Source: Malacoraja senta (Eukaryota). From it: a DNA stretch of 64,000 nt. The stretch is taken from NCBI GenBank assembly GCA_038087875.1, contig JAXLNO010004883.1:1-64000 (forward strand), given 5' to 3'. Within the stretch, counting starts at the first letter, position 1; the number at the start of each line of letters is the position of its first letter. The notes under the pieces were generated by a model, which was not told the origin of the DNA, searched no databases, and saw only the letters and a program-made list of their open reading frames with translations. Made by a program: the position numbers and the translations under genes. Below, piece after piece: positions 59,301 through 64,000 of this stretch.

Positions 59301-62300
59301 AAATCCGGCAAGGTCGCCATATTTCCGTTAAGGTCGCCAGAAATCCGACAATGTCGCGATATTTCCGGCAAGGTCGTCATAAATCCGGCAACGTCGCCAC
59401 AAATCCGGCAAGGTCGGCATAAATCCGGCAAAGTCGCCACAAACCCGACAATGTCGCCATATTTCCGGCAAGGTCGCCACATTTTCGGCAAGGTCGACAT
59501 AAATCCGGCGTTCGCCACAAATCCGGCAAGGAGGCCACATTTCGTCGCCTTGAATCCGGCAAGGTCGACACAAATCCGGCAAGGTCGCAACATTTCGGCA
59601 AGGTCGCCATAAATCCGGGATCGTCGTCACAAATCCAGCAATGTCGCCATATTTCCGCCAAGGTCGTCATAAATGCGCCAAGGTCCCCACAAATCCGGCA
59701 AGGTCGCCATATTTCCGGCAAGGTAGCCATAAATCCGCAAGGTCGCCACAAATCCGGCGAAGTAGCCATATTTCCGGCAAGGTCGTCATAAATCCGGCAA
59801 TGTCGCCACAAATCCGGTGAGGTAGCCATATTTCCGGCATGGTCGCCCTAAATCCGGCTAGGTCGCTATAAATGCGGCGACGTCGCCATATTTCCGGCAA
59901 GGTCGTCACAAATCTGGCAAGGTCGCCAGAAACCCGGCGAGGTCGCCATATTTCCGGCAAGGTCGCCACAAATCCGGAAAGGTCGCCATGAATCCGGCAA
60001 GGTCGCCATAAATCCGGCTAGGTCGTCAGAAATCCGGCAACGTCACCATATTTCCGGCAAGGTCGCCATATATCCGGCAGGGTCGCCACAAACCCGGCAA
60101 GGTCGCCATATTTCCGGCAAGGTCGCCATAAATCCGGCAAGGTCGCCACAAATCCGGCAAGGTCGGCAGAAATCCGGCGAGGTAGCCAGAAATCCGCAAG
60201 GTCGCCACAAATCCGGCGTAGTAGCCATATTTCCGGCAAGGTCGCCATAAATCCGACAAGGTCGCCATAAATGCGGCGAGGTCGCCATATTTCCGGCACG
60301 GTCGCCACAAATCTGGCAAGATCGCCATACATCCGGCGAGGTCGCCATATTTCCGGCAAAGTCGCCACAAATCCGGAAGGTCGTCAGAAATCCGGCAACG
60401 TCGCCATATTTCCGGCAAGGTCGCCATATATCCGGCAGGGTCGCCACAAACCCGGCAAGGTCGCCATATTTCCGGCAAGGTCGCCATAAATCCGGCAGGG
60501 TCGCCACGAATCCGGCAAGGTCGGCAGAAATCCGGCGAGGTAGCCAAAAATCCGCAAGGTCGCCACAAATCCGGCGAAGTAGCCATATTTCCGGCAAGGT
60601 CGCCATAAATCCGGCACGGTCGCCATAAATGCGGCGAGGTCGCCATATTTCCGGCACGGTCGCCACAAATCTGGCAAGATCGCCATACATCCGGCAAGGT
60701 CGCCATAAATCCGGCAAGGTCGTCACAAACCCGGCAAGGTCGCCATATTTCCGGTAAAATCGCCATATATCCGGCAAGGTCGCCACAAACCCGGCAAGGT
60801 CGCCCTATTTCCGGCAACGTCGCCATAAATCCGGCGAGGTCGCCACAAATCCGGCAAGGTCGCCATATTTCTGGCAAGGTCGCCATATATCCGGCGAAGT
60901 CGCCATTTATCCGGCAAGGTCGGCATAAATCCGGCAAGGTCGCCACAAATCCGGCAAGGTCGCCCTATTTCCGGCAAGGTCGCCATAAATCCGGCGAGGT
61001 CGCCACAAATCCGGCAAGGTCGCCATAAATCCGGCGAGGTCGCCACAAATCCGGCAAGGTCGCCATATTTCTGGCAAGGTCGCCATATATCCGGCGAAGT
61101 CGCCATATATCCGGCAAGGTCGGCATAAATCCGGCAAGGCCGCCATATTTCCGGCAAGGTAGCCGGAAATCCGCAAGGTCGCCACAAATCCGGCGAAGTA
61201 GCCATATTTCCAGCAAGGTCGCCATAAATCCGGCAAGGTCGCCACAAATCCGGCGAGGTCGCCATATTTCCGTCATGGTCGCCATAAATCCGGCAAGTTC
61301 GCCACAAATCCGGCGAGTTCGCCATATTTCCGGCAGGGTCGCCATAAATCCGGCAAGGTCGTCAGAAATCCGGCAACATCGCCATATTTCCGGCAAGGTC
61401 GCCCTATATCCGGCAAGGTCGCCACAAAACCGGCAATGTCGCCATATTTCCGACAAGGTCGCCATAAATCCGGCAAGGTCGCCACAAATCCGGCAAGGTC
61501 GCCATATTTCCGGCGAGGTCGCCATAAATCCGGGAACGTCGCCACAAATCCGGCAAGGTCGCCATATTTCCGTTAAGGTCGCCAGAAATCCGACAATGTC
61601 GCCATATTTCCGGCAAGGTCGTCATAAATCCGGCAAGGTCGCCAAAAATCTGGCAAGGTCGGCATAAACCCGCCAAGGTCGGCACAAACCCGACAATGTC
61701 GCCATATTTCCGGCAAGGTCGCCATAAATCCGGCAAGGTCGCCACAAATCCGGCAAGGTCGCCATATTTACGGCAAGGTCGTCATAAATCCGGCCAGGTC
61801 GCCACAAATCCGGCAAGGGCGCCATATCTCGGGCAAGGTACCCAGAAATCCGCAAGGTCGCCATAAATCCGGCAAAGTAGTCATATGTCCGGCAAGGTCG
61901 CCATAAACCCGGCAAGGTCGCCACAAATCCGGCGAGGTCGCCATATTTGCGGCAAAGTCTCCACAAATCCGACAAGGTCGCCATAAATCCGGCAAGGTCG
62001 CCAGAAATCCGGCAAGGGCGCCATATTTCCGGCAAGGTCGCCACAAATCCGGCACGGTCGCCATAAATCCGGCAAGGTCGCCTGAAATCCGTAAGGTCGC
62101 CACAAATCCGGCGAAGTAGCCTTATGTCCGGCAAGGTCGCCAGAAATCCAGCAAGTTCGCAATATTACCGGCAAGGTCGCCATAAATCCGGCGAGATCGC
62201 CATATTTCCGGCAAGGTCCCCATAAATCCGGCGAGGTCGCCATATTTCCGGCAAGGTCGCCATATTTCCGGCAAGTTCGCCACAAATTCGGCGAGGTCGC

Positions 62301-64000
62301 CATATTTCCGACAAGGTCGCCATAAATCCGGCAAGGTCGCCATAAATCCGGCGAGGTCGCCATGTTTCCGGCAAAGTCGCCACAAATCCGGCAAGGTCGC
62401 CATAAATCCGGTAAGGTTGCCATATTTCCGGCAAGTTCGCCATAAATCCGGCAAGGTCGCCATATTTCCGGCAAGGTCGCCGTAAATCAGGCAAGGTCGC
62501 AACAAATCCGGTGAGCACGCCATATTTCCGGCAAGGTCGCCATAAAGCTGGCAAGGTCGCCAGAAATCCGGAGAGGTCGCCATATTTCCGGCAAGGTCGC
62601 CATAAATCCGGCAAGGTCGCCATAAATCCGGCGAGGTCGCCATATGTCCGTCAAGGTCGCCATAAATCCGGCAAGGTAGCCACAAATCCGGTGAGGTTGT
62701 CATATTTCCGGCAAGGACGCCACAAATCCGGCCAGGCCGCCATAACTCCGGCAAGGTCGCCATAAATCAGGCAAAGTCGCCACAAATCCGGCAAGGTCGC
62801 CATTTTTCCGGCAAGGTCGCCATAAATCCCGCAATGTCGCCACAAATCCGGCAAGGTCGACATATTTCCAGCAAGGTCTCCATAAATACGGCAAGGTCGC
62901 CACAAATCCGGCAAGGTCGCCATATTTCCGGCGACGTCGTCATAAATCCCGCAAGGTCGCCACAAATCCGGCAATTTCGACATAATTACAGCAAGGTCCC
63001 CATAAATCCGGCATGGTCGCCACGAATCCGGCAAGGTCGCCATATTTCCGGCGAGATCGTCATAAATCCGGCAACGTCGCCACAAATCCGGCAAGGTCGC
63101 CATATTTCCGGCAAGGTCGCCAGAAATCCGGCAAGGTCGCCACAAATCCGGCGAAGTAGCCATATTTCCGGCAAGGTCGCCATAAATCCGGCAAGGTCGC
63201 CACAAATACGGCTAGATCGCCATATTTCCGGCAAGGTCTGCATAAATTCGGCAAGGTCGCCAAAAATCAAGGTCGCCATATTTCCGGCAAGGTCGCCATA
63301 AATCCGACAATGTCGCCACAAATCCGGCGAGGTCCCCATATTTCCGGCAAGGTCGCCACAAATCCGGCACGGTCGCCATAAATCCGGCGAGGTCGCCATA
63401 TTTCCGGCAAGGACGTCATAAATCCGGCAAGGTCGCCACAAATCCGGCAAGGTCGGCATAAATCCAGCAAGGTCGCCACAAACCCGACAAGGTCGCCATA
63501 TTTCCGGCAAGGTCGCCATAAATCCGGCAAGGTCGCCACAAATCCGGCAAGGTCGCCATATTTACGGCAAGGTCGTCATAAATCCGGCCAGGTCTCCACA
63601 AATCCCGCGAGGTCGCCATATTTCCGGCGAGGTCGCCATATTTCCGGCAAGGTCGCCACAAATCCGGCAAGGTCGACATAAACCCGGCGAGGTCGCCATA
63701 TTTCCGGCGTCGCCACAAATCCTGCAAGGTCGCCATACATACGGAGAGGTCGCCATATTTCAGGCAAGGTCGCCACAAATCGGGAAAGGTCGCCATAAAT
63801 CCGGCAATGTCGCCACAAATACGGCAAGGTCGCCATAATTCCGTCATAGTAGCCATAAATCCGGCAAGGTCGCAACAAATCCGGCGAGCACGCCATATTT
63901 CCGGCAAGGTCGCCATAAAGCTGGCAAGGTCGCCAGAAATCCGGAGAGGTCGCCATATTTCCGGCAAGGTCGCAATAAATCCGGCAAGGTCGCCATAAAT
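53331..64000. repeat. 20-bp satellite array, consensus CAAGGTCGCC(ATAAAT/ACAAAT/ATATTT)CCGG, with higher-order structure
   Basis: Uninterrupted tandem 20-mers (over 500 monomers) running to the window end. Diagnostic variants recur at offsets 358, 1313, 1373 and 8742 bp. Confidence 0.99.

Noticed and set aside
53331-64000. Long repetitive ORFs (up to 506 aa, MATLPDLWRPCRKYGDLAG…) as a repeat protein gene
   Set aside because: The 20-bp monomer has no stop on the minus strand, so all three frames give the same 20-aa cycle. Frequent non-triplet indels show there is no frame selection.
53331-64000. CRISPR array
   Set aside because: There are no unique spacers and no cas genes; the repeats are contiguous and the context is vertebrate.

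Overview
Repeat-dense vertebrate genomic DNA, most likely from a cartilaginous fish (skate/ray/shark). This is inferred from the HE1/V-SINE-type SINEs, CR1 LINEs with (AGAAACAT)n tails and a shark-type MHC class I alpha3 exon. The only host coding sequence I can support is a minus-strand MHC class I-like gene fragment: an Ig C1/alpha3 exon (27198-27464, whose expected splice acceptor reads AA instead of AG) and a transmembrane/short-tail exon (24384-24511). I found no alpha1/alpha2 exons. Directly upstream lies a five-tier nest with readable junctions: a short Penelope/hammerhead-type element, interrupted by a Gmr1-like Ty3/Gypsy LTR element (28572-47139, 5-bp TSD, PR-INT-RT-RH order), interrupted by an L1 LINE (31098-44746, ~16-bp TSD), interrupted by a DIRS1-like tyrosine-recombinase element (33232-43162), interrupted by a second, inverted DIRS1-like element (36009-40799). 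Both DIRS insertions crossed over at an ATT trinucleotide. A second nest (an L1 carrying CR1 and L2 insertions) spans about 11.2-21.0 kb. After a 200-N gap, the last 10.7 kb is a CpG-rich 20-bp satellite with 358-bp, 1373/1313-bp and 8742-bp higher-order duplications; its long ORFs are artefacts. All coordinates and family assignments were read by eye, with no database searches.
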